A stretch of DNA of 63,931 nucleotides, counting the filler, from Deltaproteobacteria bacterium (GTDB taxonomy: Bacteria; CG2-30-53-67), in the NCBI GenBank assembly GCA_013151235.1. It is 5 parts of 5 records of this genome, joined end to end, with 100 filler letters (N's around TTAATTAATTAA, not from the genome) between each part and the next. Parts side by side here need not be neighbours in the genome. Positions count along the whole stretch, not along the records: positions 18,426 to 49,761 come from JAADIO010000038.1; 4 more parts are not named here. The stretch is one strand, 5' to 3'. The translations under genes were made by a program, and so were the position numbers. Position 1 is the first letter of the stretch. Each line of letters opens with the position of its first letter. Positions 27,044 through 36,711 of the stretch are shown here, piece by piece. The notes below the pieces were generated by a model. It was not told where the DNA came from. It worked only from the letters and a program-made list of their open reading frames with translations, and ran no database searches.

Positions 27044-28640
27044 TTCAACAAGACTCCTCCTCCTGCTCGGTATTCTTTTTCTCCTCTTCTCGGCCGGCAC
27101 CCTGATGCGGGACCTGACCTGGCCGGACGAGCTTCGTTATGCAGAAGTCGCCCGGGAGATGCGGGAGAGCGGAAACTGGTTCCTGCCGACACTGAATTAC
27201 AAGATCTATCCGGACAAACCGCCCGTTTTCTTCTGGCTCCTTGCCCTCTCCCAAAAGGGTTTGGGGGAAACGACCACCGCCGCCCTCCTTCCTTCCATCT
27301 GTTCCGGGCTGCTCCTCCTCTATGTTACCTTTCTTCTGGGGAGGGAACTCTATGATGAAGATACCGGGCTCCTTTCCGCCTGGATCTGCTCCACCTTTCT
27401 TCTCTTTCTTCTCGTCGCCCAGGTCGTGCGGATGGACCTCCTCTTTACCCTCCTTATTACGACGGCACTCTATTGGATATTCGGCCATTTGAAAGAGGAG
27501 CGGAAAGATAGAAGAAGACCCTACGCAGGCTACCTTCTCATCGGCCTGGCTCTGGTCACCAAGGGACCGGTGGGGCTGATCGTCCCGGTACTGGCCTTTC
27601 TCCCCCTTTTGATGCAAGGGAGACGGGAACTGATTCGCCGTCTTGCACCGGGTCGGGGGATCCTGCTCATCCTCCTGATCCCCCTCCTCTGGCTGGTTCC
27701 TGCCGCGCTCTCCGGCGGAAAGGAATATCTGACGGAGATCCTCTTCCACCAGAGCGCCGGCCGGCTGGTCCACTCCTTTGCCCATGCAAAACCCTTTTAC
27801 TATTATTTCATGATTTTTCCCGTCCTCTTTCTCCCCTGGTCTCCCTTCCTGCTCCTCTACGGGATCCCCGGCGTCCGAGACGCCCTTGCATCCCATCGCC
27901 AAAGTCGAATTTTTCTCCTCTCCTGGATCGCAGGAACACTCCTTTTCTTTTCCCTCGTGAGTGGAAAAATCGCAATCTATCTCCTGCCGATCATGCCGGG
28001 GCTTTCCATCCTGATCGGCCGGGCCTGTACCACCGTGCTGTACAATGCGACGGAAAGGGGAAAAAGTTTCCTCTTCCCGGTCGTCCTGATCCTGACGGCG
28101 TTTTTCTGTATCGGGGGCGCCGTCGCCCTGCTGATAATCAGCGGAAAGGGAGAGGTTTCCTTTCCCCTTTCTCTGCGCCTGGGCGTAAGCCTGATCCCGG
28201 CGGCAGGAGGGGTTCTCCTCGTTCTTTTCGCATTCAGAAACCGACCGGTCTACGGCATTGTCACGGTGGGTTTGACCTCCATCCTGCTGTCGGGAGCACT
28301 GACCTGCCTCATCCTCCCGAGGATCAACCCCGATCTCAGCCTGAAACCGATGGCCGAGGCGATCCAGTTCCTTGAGGGAGAACACCCCCGTGTCGCCGGT
28401 TATAAAATCGATCTTCGTTACCTGGCCTATTATCTCCATACCCCTTACCGCAAGTTGAATACTCCTCCGGAGATCAACAAATTTCTCCGGGGAGATCGGG
28501 GCCTCCTGATCGCCGACCTGCGGGATATCGACCTCGTCCGGCGATCGGCCGCGGTTCCCCTGCAAGAGGTGGGCCGTTTTCGGTCCAGGACACTCACTTA
28601 CCTCCTGCTCAAGACAAAACAGGGAGGGGGGGAACCATGA
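27030..28640 (+). CDS. Second complete ArnT-family (GT83) glycosyltransferase
   Basis: PDELRYAEVAREM, YPDKPPVFFW, RMD, TKGPVG, HAKPFYYY and SGKIAIYLLP. Confidence 0.88.
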   Translation: MAHSNSTRLLLLLGILFLLFSAGTLMRDLTWPDELRYAEVAREMRESGNWFLPTLNYKIYPDKPPVFFWLLALSQKGLGETTTAALLPSICSGLLLLYVTFLLGRELYDEDTGLLSAWICSTFLLFLLVAQVVRMDLLFTLLITTALYWIFGHLKEERKDRRRPYAGYLLIGLALVTKGPVGLIVPVLAFLPLLMQGRRELIRRLAPGRGILLILLIPLLWLVPAALSGGKEYLTEILFHQSAGRLVHSFAHAKPFYYYFMIFPVLFLPWSPFLLLYGIPGVRDALASHRQSRIFLLSWIAGTLLFFSLVSGKIAIYLLPIMPGLSILIGRACTTVLYNATERGKSFLFPVVLILTAFFCIGGAVALLIISGKGEVSFPLSLRLGVSLIPAAGGVLLVLFAFRNRPVYGIVTVGLTSILLSGALTCLILPRINPDLSLKPMAEAIQFLEGEHPRVAGYKIDLRYLAYYLHTPYRKLNTPPEINKFLRGDRGLLIADLRDIDLVRRSAAVPLQEVGRFRSRTLTYLLLKTKQGGGEP

Positions 28641-29551
28641 AAAAGAACGGAAGGGGGGTTCCGGTCTTTATGCTCTCCCTGATCGGCGTGGGGGGACTCT
28701 CGATTCTCTCCTCTCTCCCTTTTTCTCTGTTAACCCGGGTCGGCCGCTTTCTCGGCGGGCTCTATTATCATCTGGACGGACGACGGAAACGGATCGCCCT
28801 GGAGAATCTCCGCCTTGCCTTCGGCAATGAAAAAACGGAAGGGGAGTTACAATCCATCCTCAAAACCGCCTATTGCCGGACCGGAAGTTCCCTCCTCGAA
28901 TTCGCCGGCCTGCCGAAATTAACGAGAAAACAGCTTTCGGGGCGGGTCCGTTTCGAAGGCCTGGAACACCTCGAAGCCGCCAGGAAAAGCGGCCGGGGAG
29001 TCATCCTCCTGGCCGCGCACTTCGGCAACTGGGAGTTGACCGCACAGAGCCTGGCCCTGGCGGGGTTCCCCGGCTATGCCGTCGGGCGGCGGGCGAATGT
29101 CTTGCTGCTCCATAACTATATCGTCCATTGCAGGGAATCCCACGGGAACCGCATCCTCGTCCGGGACCAGGCCGTACGCAAGATCTTCACGATCCTGCGG
29201 GAAGGAAAGATCCTTGGAATTCTCTGTGATCAGCGGGGGAGCACGAGCCGGGGCCTGATGATCAATTTCTTCGGCCATCCGGCACCGACGGACCCGCACA
29301 TCGCCCGGATTATTCTCAAGGCAAAGCCTGTCGTGTTGATGGTCTTCGGCATCCGGAATCCCGACGAGAGTCATCGGGTGATCGTCAGCAAACCTCTGAC
29401 CTTTTCACTACGGGGGGACCCCGGGAAGGACGCACTGCATATCACCCGCCGATACATGCAGGCACTGGAAGAGATGATCCGTAAACATCCGGAACAGTGG
29501 CTCTGGATGCATCGGCGCTGGATGCGCAGATCGGACGGCAATGGACGCTAA
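28637..29551 (+). CDS. lpxL: Lipid A late acyltransferase (LpxL/HtrB family)
   Basis: ENLRLAF, AAHFGNWE, ILCDQ and IRKHPEQWLWMHRRW. Confidence 0.88.
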   Translation: MKKNGRGVPVFMLSLIGVGGLSILSSLPFSLLTRVGRFLGGLYYHLDGRRKRIALENLRLAFGNEKTEGELQSILKTAYCRTGSSLLEFAGLPKLTRKQLSGRVRFEGLEHLEAARKSGRGVILLAAHFGNWELTAQSLALAGFPGYAVGRRANVLLLHNYIVHCRESHGNRILVRDQAVRKIFTILREGKILGILCDQRGSTSRGLMINFFGHPAPTDPHIARIILKAKPVVLMVFGIRNPDESHRVIVSKPLTFSLRGDPGKDALHITRRYMQALEEMIRKHPEQWLWMHRRWMRRSDGNGR

Positions 29552-29708
29552 CTTCAGGCCGGACAACACAGACGGTCCCTCCTGCCGAAGAAATCTCTCA
29601 AACTTTCGTTCCATGAAGAAACACTTGATTTCATCATATACCCCTGCTACGATGGGCCGTACCATTGAAGATCGGCAAACTGCTTTTCGTCTATTTTGAG
29701 AGGGGACC

Positions 29709-31292
29709 ATGGCTGATTCTCCACTCAACGTACTCTACGTGGATCAGAATAAAAGCTTCGCGCAGACCACGGAAGGAATCCTGAAACAAGGATTCCGGAA
29801 AGCCTCATTCTCCTTCGTTCAAAACAACAAAACCGCCCTGACCCATCTGAAGGAACACCCCGTAGATCTTGTCCTGCTCGGGCACCACCCGAAAAAGAAT
29901 GACGGCTTCCGCCTCATGGAAGATATTCGGAAGAAGGCCATCGATACCCCCGTCATCATGATCTCCCGGGAGGCGAATGAACGAACCGCCGTGGAGGCCA
30001 TGAAGCGGGGAGCCTACGATTACCTCTCGGAAAAAGAACTGGATGTCGTCACCCTGAAGTCGGCGATCCGGAATGCCATCTCGCGAAAACGAACGGAGCG
30101 GAGAAACCGACGCGCCGATCAGCGAATCCGGGAACAGGCGACCCGGGACGGACTGACGGGGCTCTACAATCACCGGTACTTCCAGAAAATCATGAACCGG
30201 GAATACAAACAGGCCCGACGCTACGAGTATCCTCTCTACTGCATTATGCTCGACCTCGACGATTTCAAGGGGGTCAATGACACCTTCGGGCACCTCTTCG
30301 GCGACACCGTACTGAAGGAAAGCGCTGCAATTCTTAAGGGACAGATGCGGGATATCGACCTGCTGGCCCGCTACGGAGGGGAAGAGTTCGCCGTCATCCT
30401 GACCCACATCCACGCGAAGGGAGTTCTCTCCCTTTGTGAACGGGTCCGGGAGGCCTTCGCCCAACATACCTTTGCCGAGGAAGACCATTCAACGGTGATC
30501 ACCATCAGTATCGGCATTGCTTCCCTGCAGGACCCCAGGGTGGACGGTCCATCCACCCTTGTCCGGCATGCCGACGAGGCTCTCTATGAGGCCAAAAACC
30601 GGGGGAAAAACACCGTCTGCCAATGGCGGGAGAAAGAGTCCCTCTACAAGGGACTGCAGGGGGACTACCGGGAGAAGATCGAATATTATCAGAAGCAGTT
30701 CCTGGGATTCACCCGGGAGATTCTCGACAAGTTCCTCGACTACAGCCGGAAGATCGTCGATGATATCGAGAAGAAGGATCACAAAACGGCACAGCATTCC
30801 GCCAAGGTGACCCGTTACGCCGTCGACCTGGCCCGGGCTCTCCATCTTTCCGAAGGGGAGATCCATTCGATCCGCCTGGCGGGGATCCTTCACGATATCG
30901 GCAAGGCAGGCATCGATCAGAAAATCCTCACCAAGAAGGGGACCTACACACCAAGGGAATCCCGCATCATGAAGCTCCATCCCCTCTTCAGTGTGAAGAT
31001 GATTGAGCCCTTCAGCTTTCTTGATCAGGAGATGCAGATCATCCTGCAACACCATGAACGTTTCGACGGCAAAGGGTATCCGACCGGCCGCAAGGGGTGG
31101 GAGATTAAACGGGGCGCCCGAATCCTGGCCCTCTGCGACGCCTACGACGCCATGACCTCCGGCAGGAGCTATAAGAAGAAACAGACCCTCACGGAAGGAT
31201 GCCGGGAGATCGAGCGAAACGCCGGCACGCAGTTCGACCCCGAGATGGCCAAGGTCTTTCTCCGGATGATCGAGAAAACCCACGAGACTTGA
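29709..31292 (+). CDS. Atypical-REC / GGDEF / HD-GYP cyclic-dinucleotide turnover protein
   Basis: REC-like N-terminus, then DGLTGLYN, RDID I-site, RYGGEEF, LHDIGK, HHERFDGKGYP and DAYDAMTSGRSY. Confidence 0.92.
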   Translation: MADSPLNVLYVDQNKSFAQTTEGILKQGFRKASFSFVQNNKTALTHLKEHPVDLVLLGHHPKKNDGFRLMEDIRKKAIDTPVIMISREANERTAVEAMKRGAYDYLSEKELDVVTLKSAIRNAISRKRTERRNRRADQRIREQATRDGLTGLYNHRYFQKIMNREYKQARRYEYPLYCIMLDLDDFKGVNDTFGHLFGDTVLKESAAILKGQMRDIDLLARYGGEEFAVILTHIHAKGVLSLCERVREAFAQHTFAEEDHSTVITISIGIASLQDPRVDGPSTLVRHADEALYEAKNRGKNTVCQWREKESLYKGLQGDYREKIEYYQKQFLGFTREILDKFLDYSRKIVDDIEKKDHKTAQHSAKVTRYAVDLARALHLSEGEIHSIRLAGILHDIGKAGIDQKILTKKGTYTPRESRIMKLHPLFSVKMIEPFSFLDQEMQIILQHHERFDGKGYPTGRKGWEIKRGARILALCDAYDAMTSGRSYKKKQTLTEGCREIERNAGTQFDPEMAKVFLRMIEKTHET

Positions 31293-31322
31293 TTGGTGGT
31301 GAAAAGCTTTTGATTATTGATT

Positions 31323-32063
31323 TTACTCCACATTTTCGCTGCCGAACCCGTAGATCGCTTCCATCTCATCGGAATAGTTCTTTTCCTCATCCCGGTAGAT
31401 CACCAGGGGCGCCTCATGGGTCATGCCGGGCCGTCCACCCTTCACGGCCTCCATCAGCAACAGGACCGGCGGGGTCTTCGGAAAGGATTGAACCATTCGC
31501 ATCCGCTTCGGTTCGAGGCCGTTACGACGGAGGGTCTGCACAAGGTCGGCAAGCCGTTCCGGGAGATAGATCAGGGAGAAGCGTCCCTGTTTCTTCAGAA
31601 GATAGACCGCCGCACGGACCAGCTCTTCCAGGGTCAGCGCCACTTCGTGGCGGGCGATCGCCTTCTCCCGGTCGGGGCTGATCCTGCCGGCACGGACTTT
31701 TCGGAAGGGAGGATTGGAGCAAACCTCTTCCGCTGAATCCGGCGGGAGGAACTCATCGATCCGGCGGATATCCCCATGGATCAACTGCACAAAACCGCCC
31801 AGCTCATTGAGAGCAAGATTCTTTTCATGGAGGTGGTGGAGCCGTTCCTGGATCTCGACGGAGATGATCCGGCAGGATGGACATCGCCGGGCAAGCAGCA
31901 TGGAGACAACACCGCAGCCGGCGCCGAGTTCCACGATGGAGCCCCCTTCTTTCGGCGCCATGAAGAAGGGAAGAATCAGGGCATCCAGGGAGTAACGATA
32001 CCCGTTGCGGGGCTGCAGAATACGGAGCCCGCCGGCGGAGAGGGTATCGAGGGTCTCATCCAT
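31323..32063 (-). CDS. tRNA1(Val) A37 N6-methyltransferase-like (YfiC/TrmN6 family)
   Basis: LQPRNGYRYSLDA, ELGAGCG, NPPF and IARHE. Confidence 0.85.
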   Translation of the reverse strand: MDETLDTLSAGGLRILQPRNGYRYSLDALILPFFMAPKEGGSIVELGAGCGVVSMLLARRCPSCRIISVEIQERLHHLHEKNLALNELGGFVQLIHGDIRRIDEFLPPDSAEEVCSNPPFRKVRAGRISPDREKAIARHEVALTLEELVRAAVYLLKKQGRFSLIYLPERLADLVQTLRRNGLEPKRMRMVQSFPKTPPVLLLMEAVKGGRPGMTHEAPLVIYRDEEKNYSDEMEAIYGFGSENVE

Positions 32064-32082
32064 CTTCCTTCCTTGTCTTCCT

Positions 32083-33462
32083 TCAGGATTGCTCGCAAAA
32101 ATCTTCCCGACGGATTTGATGTTTCTTCATGAGATTGTAGAAATCGGCCCGCTGCTTCCCGGCCATCTTCGCGGCGTTGGTCACATGCCCCCCCGTGACC
32201 TTCAGAACATGGGTGACATATTCTTTTTCAAAGACATCCTTGGCCTGCCGGAAGGAAAGAAAACTTGTTTGGGCATCCTCTTTGTGAAGAAAGAAGAAGT
32301 CCTGCGGCGTCAGCAGAATTCCCCGGGCCATCACCACGGCCTGCTCGATCCGGTTCTCCAGTTCCCGGACATTTCCGGGCCAGTTCTGCTGAAGAAGCTG
32401 TTGCACCGCCACGGGATCAATTCCTTCGATCGGTTTTTTCAGACGCGTCGAACATGTCCGTATGAAATGATCGACCAGAAAAGGGATATCCTCCTTCCGT
32501 TCCCGGAGCGGAGGGATGTGGATCGGGATGACGTGGATCCGGTAGTAGAGATCCTCCCGGAAGGTCCCCTCGGCGACGGCCTGTTCCAGATCCCGGTTCG
32601 TGGCGGCAACAAGACGGAGATCGACGGTAACCATCCGGTCCGATCCGATGGGGGTAAAGGCCTTCTCCTGTAGAACCCGGAGGAGTTTGACCTGAATGGC
32701 CGGGGGCGTCTCTCCGATCTCATCCAGGAAGAGGGTCCCTCCATCGGCCCGGGCGAAATACCCCTCCTTTGCGGAATCGGCACCGGTATAGGCCCCCTTT
32801 TCATGGCCGAAGAGCTCATTCTCCAGGAGGTTCTCCGGAATCGCCCCGCAATTAACGGTTAGAAAGGGACCGTCCGCCTTGTGGCTGTGGGCATGGATGG
32901 CCCGGGCAAAGAGTTCCTTCCCGGTTCCGCTTTCCCCCGTGAGGAGAACCGTGGAGTCGGATCCCGCCACCAGTTCGACCTGCTTGAAGATTTCTTTCAT
33001 CGGGCGGCTTCGACCGATGATCTGCTTGAAGCTGAACCGGTCCTCAACGAGCGATTCGAGATTATGAATCTGTTTCTGCATCCGGCTTTTTTCCAGTGCC
33101 CGTTCGATATGAATGAGGAGTTCCCGGTCATCGAAGGGCTTGGTCAGGTAACTGAAAGCCCCCTTCTGCATCGCCTCGACGGCATTGGGAATACTCCCGT
33201 GGGCCGTCAGCAGGATCACCGGGACCTCGGCATTCCGCCGACGCACCTCTTCCGTCAGGTCGATCCCGTCCATCCCGGCCATACGGAGGTCGGTGAGAAT
33301 CAGGTCGAACCGGGCCGCCTCCAGCAGGGCCAGGGCCTCATCTCCGCTTACGGCTTTCGTCGGTTCAAACCCCTGCGACTCCAGCCGCATGGCCAGAACC
33401 TCTAAAATGTTGGGATCGTCATCGACGATCAGGATTTTCACCTGATTCATGGGTTCCTCCAT
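32083..33462 (-). CDS. Sigma54-dependent response regulator, GlrR/QseF-like
   Basis: REC (VDDD, TDLRM, LTAHGSIPNAVEAM), GESGTGKE, NELFGHEKGAYTGA, FREDLYYR, WPGNVREL, and a GlrR-like HTH (GHVTNAAKMAGKQRADFY). The start may be 33450. Confidence 0.88.
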   Translation of the reverse strand: MEEPMNQVKILIVDDDPNILEVLAMRLESQGFEPTKAVSGDEALALLEAARFDLILTDLRMAGMDGIDLTEEVRRRNAEVPVILLTAHGSIPNAVEAMQKGAFSYLTKPFDDRELLIHIERALEKSRMQKQIHNLESLVEDRFSFKQIIGRSRPMKEIFKQVELVAGSDSTVLLTGESGTGKELFARAIHAHSHKADGPFLTVNCGAIPENLLENELFGHEKGAYTGADSAKEGYFARADGGTLFLDEIGETPPAIQVKLLRVLQEKAFTPIGSDRMVTVDLRLVAATNRDLEQAVAEGTFREDLYYRIHVIPIHIPPLRERKEDIPFLVDHFIRTCSTRLKKPIEGIDPVAVQQLLQQNWPGNVRELENRIEQAVVMARGILLTPQDFFFLHKEDAQTSFLSFRQAKDVFEKEYVTHVLKVTGGHVTNAAKMAGKQRADFYNLMKKHQIRREDFCEQS

Positions 33463-33489
33463 CTCTCAATGATTACATATATTGTCTTT

Positions 33490-33631
33490 CCAACAGCTCA
33501 GGTTGCCACAATTTTGCTGCAGGGCAAGGCGCGAGGAGCGCAAAACCGGAAACGTATATGAAATACGTTGAGGATTTGAGCACCGCAGCAACGCAGCCAT
33601 GCAGCAAAAGGGGGGTAAGCTGTGCTGTTGG
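33490..33631. mobile_element. MITE-like palindromic element
   Basis: Long imperfect inverted ends (ccaacagc...ttttgctgcagggc / gccatgcagcaaaa...gctgttgg). The core CAAGGCGCGA...CGTA-N7-TACG...AACGCAG is shared with 44175-44300. Confidence 0.7.
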
Positions 33632-33634
33632 TTG

Positions 33635-34207
33635 TTATTCCAGCTTCTTCTTCTGTTCCTCCAACTGCAGATCAATCTCCTTGATCCGGCGGAGGTCCTC
33701 CTTCAGACGATGGATCTGCTTTTCCTGGATGGAATTGTATCCCTTGATGGTTTCGATCTCCGCCTCTCCCCGCCGGACCTCCTGAAGGAGCTGCAAAACA
33801 GAACGCATGGTCAGGGTCCGGCGGCTATCGGGATAATCATGCAAAAATTCCCTCACTCTCTTCTCCGCCTCCTCGTAATCCCGGTTCGGGTTGTCCCCAT
33901 AGGAGAGAATCAGGACCATCCGGAAAAGTGCCTCTTCCTTCACGGAGCGGTCGACCGCCTCCCTGTAAATTTGCCGGAGACTCCGGAGTGCCCGACGATA
34001 ACGCCCCTCGGAGAAGAGCTGATCCGGCTGCAGAAAGAACCCATCGGTTACTCTGATAACCGCCTTCTTCTCCTTCTCCCCTTCTTTGAGAGAGAGGTTT
34101 TGTATACAGGTCCGGAACCGCCGGAAAGGAACGCAGCCGATTCCAAAGAGGACCAGCACCGCAAGGAGCAAAAGAACCCCTTTTTTTTCTTTTTTCAAAA
34201 GGGTCAT
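33635..34207 (-). CDS. Helical/TPR-like lipoprotein between kinase and regulator (QseG/YfhG-like)
   Basis: Lipobox-like LFGIGC, helical body and coiled-coil C-terminus (LRRIKEIDLQLE); same position as qseG in glrK-qseG-glrR. Confidence 0.7.
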   Translation of the reverse strand: MTLLKKEKKGVLLLLAVLVLFGIGCVPFRRFRTCIQNLSLKEGEKEKKAVIRVTDGFFLQPDQLFSEGRYRRALRSLRQIYREAVDRSVKEEALFRMVLILSYGDNPNRDYEEAEKRVREFLHDYPDSRRTLTMRSVLQLLQEVRRGEAEIETIKGYNSIQEKQIHRLKEDLRRIKEIDLQLEEQKKKLE

Positions 34208-35694
34208 GCCGGCACAGTTTCCTTCCCGGCCTTCAGAGGCAGCTCAAAAAAGAAGCGGCTCCCCTTCCCGATTTCGCTTTCCGCCCAGATCCTCCCGCCA
34301 TGTTCCGCAATATAATATTGGCAGATGGAAAGACCCAGTCCGGTCCCCTTCCGTTGCGGGTCATGGCCCATGATTGGATCGACCTGACGGAAACGATCAA
34401 AGATCCGGGAGAGCTCCCCGGCCTCGATCCCCGTTCCGTTGTCCTCAACACAGACACGGATCCGACCGTTCTTCCCCACCTCATTTCCGGAGACCATACC
34501 GACTTCAATCCGGATCGAGCCTCCTTCGGGGGTAAACTTTACGGCATTGCCGAGAAGGTTGTTCACGACTTCTTCCACCTTTTCATTGTCCAGCATCAAC
34601 GGAGGGAGGGAGGACGGGGCTTCCAGCTCAAGGACAATCCGCTTCAGATCCGCAAGAAAGCGGATGTTCGTCATCCCCCGCTGGAGAATCGGCAGCAGGT
34701 CACATTTTTCGAAATGGTACTGCATCATCCCGGCACGGATACGGGAAAGATCCAGCAGATTGTTGATCAGGCGTACAAGTTTCGCCGTTCCCTCCTGGAT
34801 GATTCCAAGGAGCTTCTGTTGTTTTCCGTTCAGCGGACCGGCAACCCGGTCCTGGAGGAGTTGTGTCGCCTCCTTGATCGATGTCAGGGGAGTCCGGAAT
34901 TCATGTGAAACATTGGAAATGATTTCCCGTTTCATCTCTTCCAACTTCCCCAATTTCCCCGTCATGGTATTGAAGGCCCGGGCCAGATCGCCCAACTCGT
35001 CCCGGGAGGTCACCTCGATCGGCCGGTTGAACTCCCCCCGGGCAATGATCCGGGTCCCCTCGGTCAACCGCCGGATGGGGACGCGGATGCTCCGGGTCAA
35101 AAGCCAGGCCGTAAGAAATCCGATAGCGACCATGGAGACAACGATTCCGATGGTGATCTTGTAGGCACGAAAACTGAAGGCCCGGGCCTGGTTCATCTTC
35201 CGTGCCATGGCGACTTCCTGCTTCCAGATCATGGTCTCGATCCGTTCCGTAAAGGTCTGGACGTCCGATTTATTCAATCCCATCCATCCGGGGAGATTCC
35301 CCCTTGCCACCTCCTCCACCGCCGTCAGAAACCCTTTCCGGTGCCTTTCGTGGAGTGCCTGAAGCGCCTCTAATTCCCGGCGACGTTCCCCCTCCGGAGA
35401 CGAAGCGCGAAGTTTCAGGAGGGTCGCGTCGAACTCCCGCCCCTTGGAACGGGCCAGGTTGAGAAAGTCGGAGTCATGGACCACGAGGTATTTTTTTTCG
35501 TTGCCGACCTCGGAAAGAAAGAGGTCGATGAGCTTCTTTTCGAGATTAAGATCGACCACCTCTCCTTCGACCATGGAGCGGGAGAGAAGATTCAGACGGT
35601 TCAGCTCGAAGACGGCGTAGCCTCCCTCCAGGAGGACGAGACCGATCATCAGAAAATAGCCGAGGAAGACCTTTCGGGTCAGGGTAAGCCGCAT
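34204..35694 (-). CDS. HAMP sensor histidine kinase, GlrK/QseE-like
   Basis: Two TMs, HAMP (DELGDLARAFNTM), H-box SHEFRTPLTSI, N-box NLLGNAVKF, DNGTG and GTGLGL. Confidence 0.9.
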   Translation of the reverse strand: MRLTLTRKVFLGYFLMIGLVLLEGGYAVFELNRLNLLSRSMVEGEVVDLNLEKKLIDLFLSEVGNEKKYLVVHDSDFLNLARSKGREFDATLLKLRASSPEGERRRELEALQALHERHRKGFLTAVEEVARGNLPGWMGLNKSDVQTFTERIETMIWKQEVAMARKMNQARAFSFRAYKITIGIVVSMVAIGFLTAWLLTRSIRVPIRRLTEGTRIIARGEFNRPIEVTSRDELGDLARAFNTMTGKLGKLEEMKREIISNVSHEFRTPLTSIKEATQLLQDRVAGPLNGKQQKLLGIIQEGTAKLVRLINNLLDLSRIRAGMMQYHFEKCDLLPILQRGMTNIRFLADLKRIVLELEAPSSLPPLMLDNEKVEEVVNNLLGNAVKFTPEGGSIRIEVGMVSGNEVGKNGRIRVCVEDNGTGIEAGELSRIFDRFRQVDPIMGHDPQRKGTGLGLSICQYYIAEHGGRIWAESEIGKGSRFFFELPLKAGKETVPA

Positions 35695-35798
35695 GAAAAT
35701 TCCGTTTCATCCATCAACTTTCAATACCGTCTTATAGGATGTTTTGGCGGGGATGTCAACTTTTTCAGGTAAGCATAAAAATAGATGGTCGCACAGAC

Positions 35799-35840
35799 AA
35801 AAAAAGGGCTGAGTGGGTTTATGCGCCCATCAGCCCCTTC
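35799..35840 (-). terminator. Rho-independent terminator after the OmpA-family gene
   Basis: Minus strand: AAGGGGCTGATGGG-cgcataaa-CCCACTCAGCCC-TTTTTTT. Confidence 0.75.
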
Positions 35841-35857
35841 TGTATGGGATATATGCC

Positions 35858-36580
35858 CTAATAGGCGGGATATCCACCCCCCCGGGGGGGATAGCCACTC
35901 GCCGGGGTCTGTTGCTGCTGCTGATAGAGGGCCTGATTCGCCTTGATCTCAATCTCCACCCGCCGGTTGGCCTGACGGCCGGCGGCGGTGCTGTTCCCGG
36001 CGACCGGCATCGACTCCCCGTAGCCTATGGTATGGATCCGGTAAGAGCTGACCCCCCGGGACTGGAGATAATTGGCCACGGCACGGGCTCTCGCTTCGGA
36101 GAGTTTCTGATTATACTGCTCCGACCCCGTTGAATCGGTATAGCCCGAAACGGTGATATTCGTCTGGGGATAACGGTTCATCACATTGGCCACCTTGGCC
36201 ATATTCTGCATCGCCCCCGGCTTGACCTGTGTCGAGTTTACATCAAAGAGGATGCCGCTGTCAAAGGTGAGAAAAACCTTATCCTGCTCCTGCCGCACCT
36301 GGGCATCCCGGATCGACTGTAGTTCACGGGCCTGCTTGTCCATGTAGTTGCCTACCAGACCGCCTGTCGTGGCGCCGATGGCCGCCCCGAGCAAAGCCGC
36401 CTTGGCCCGCTGAGATGGATCATTCTGCTTGGCAAGAATTCCCGCCGCAGCGCCCGCCGCAGCACCGATGAGGCTACCCTTGGTAGTCCGTGAGGACGCC
36501 TGCCACTGGGCACAGCCGACGAGGGATGTGCCGAAAACAATGAGCATTACCGACACGATAATTTTTTTTCGATTTTTCAT
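35858..36580 (-). CDS. OmpA-family peptidoglycan-binding lipoprotein (YiaD-like, glycine zipper)
   Basis: LVGC lipobox, glycine zipper, GNYMDKQ, GYTDSTGSEQYNQKLSEARA and NRRVEI. Confidence 0.93.
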   Translation of the reverse strand: MKNRKKIIVSVMLIVFGTSLVGCAQWQASSRTTKGSLIGAAAGAAAGILAKQNDPSQRAKAALLGAAIGATTGGLVGNYMDKQARELQSIRDAQVRQEQDKVFLTFDSGILFDVNSTQVKPGAMQNMAKVANVMNRYPQTNITVSGYTDSTGSEQYNQKLSEARARAVANYLQSRGVSSYRIHTIGYGESMPVAGNSTAAGRQANRRVEIEIKANQALYQQQQQTPASGYPPRGGGYPAY

Positions 36581-36711
36581 GGCCTCTCTCCTCCTTATAT
36601 TTCACGTCCAAAGCCGACAAGACTAATAACCGGAGTGTACCCCCCGTCAAAAAGGACGTCAAGCAAGAACCTTTCCCATCGTAGGGATGGACGATCGGTC
36701 GGCCATTATAT

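Noticed and set aside
27045-28565. 506-aa antisense ORF, and similar long shadows at 18470-19438, 39089-40132, 45117-46157 and 49806-50561
   Set aside because: They lie opposite well-supported genes, have no recognisable motifs, and are expected from GC-rich codon bias.
35785-35797. GTGCGACC just after the OmpA terminator (minus strand), like a group II intron start
   Set aside because: Only about 8 nt of similarity followed by AT-rich sequence; chance is sufficient.
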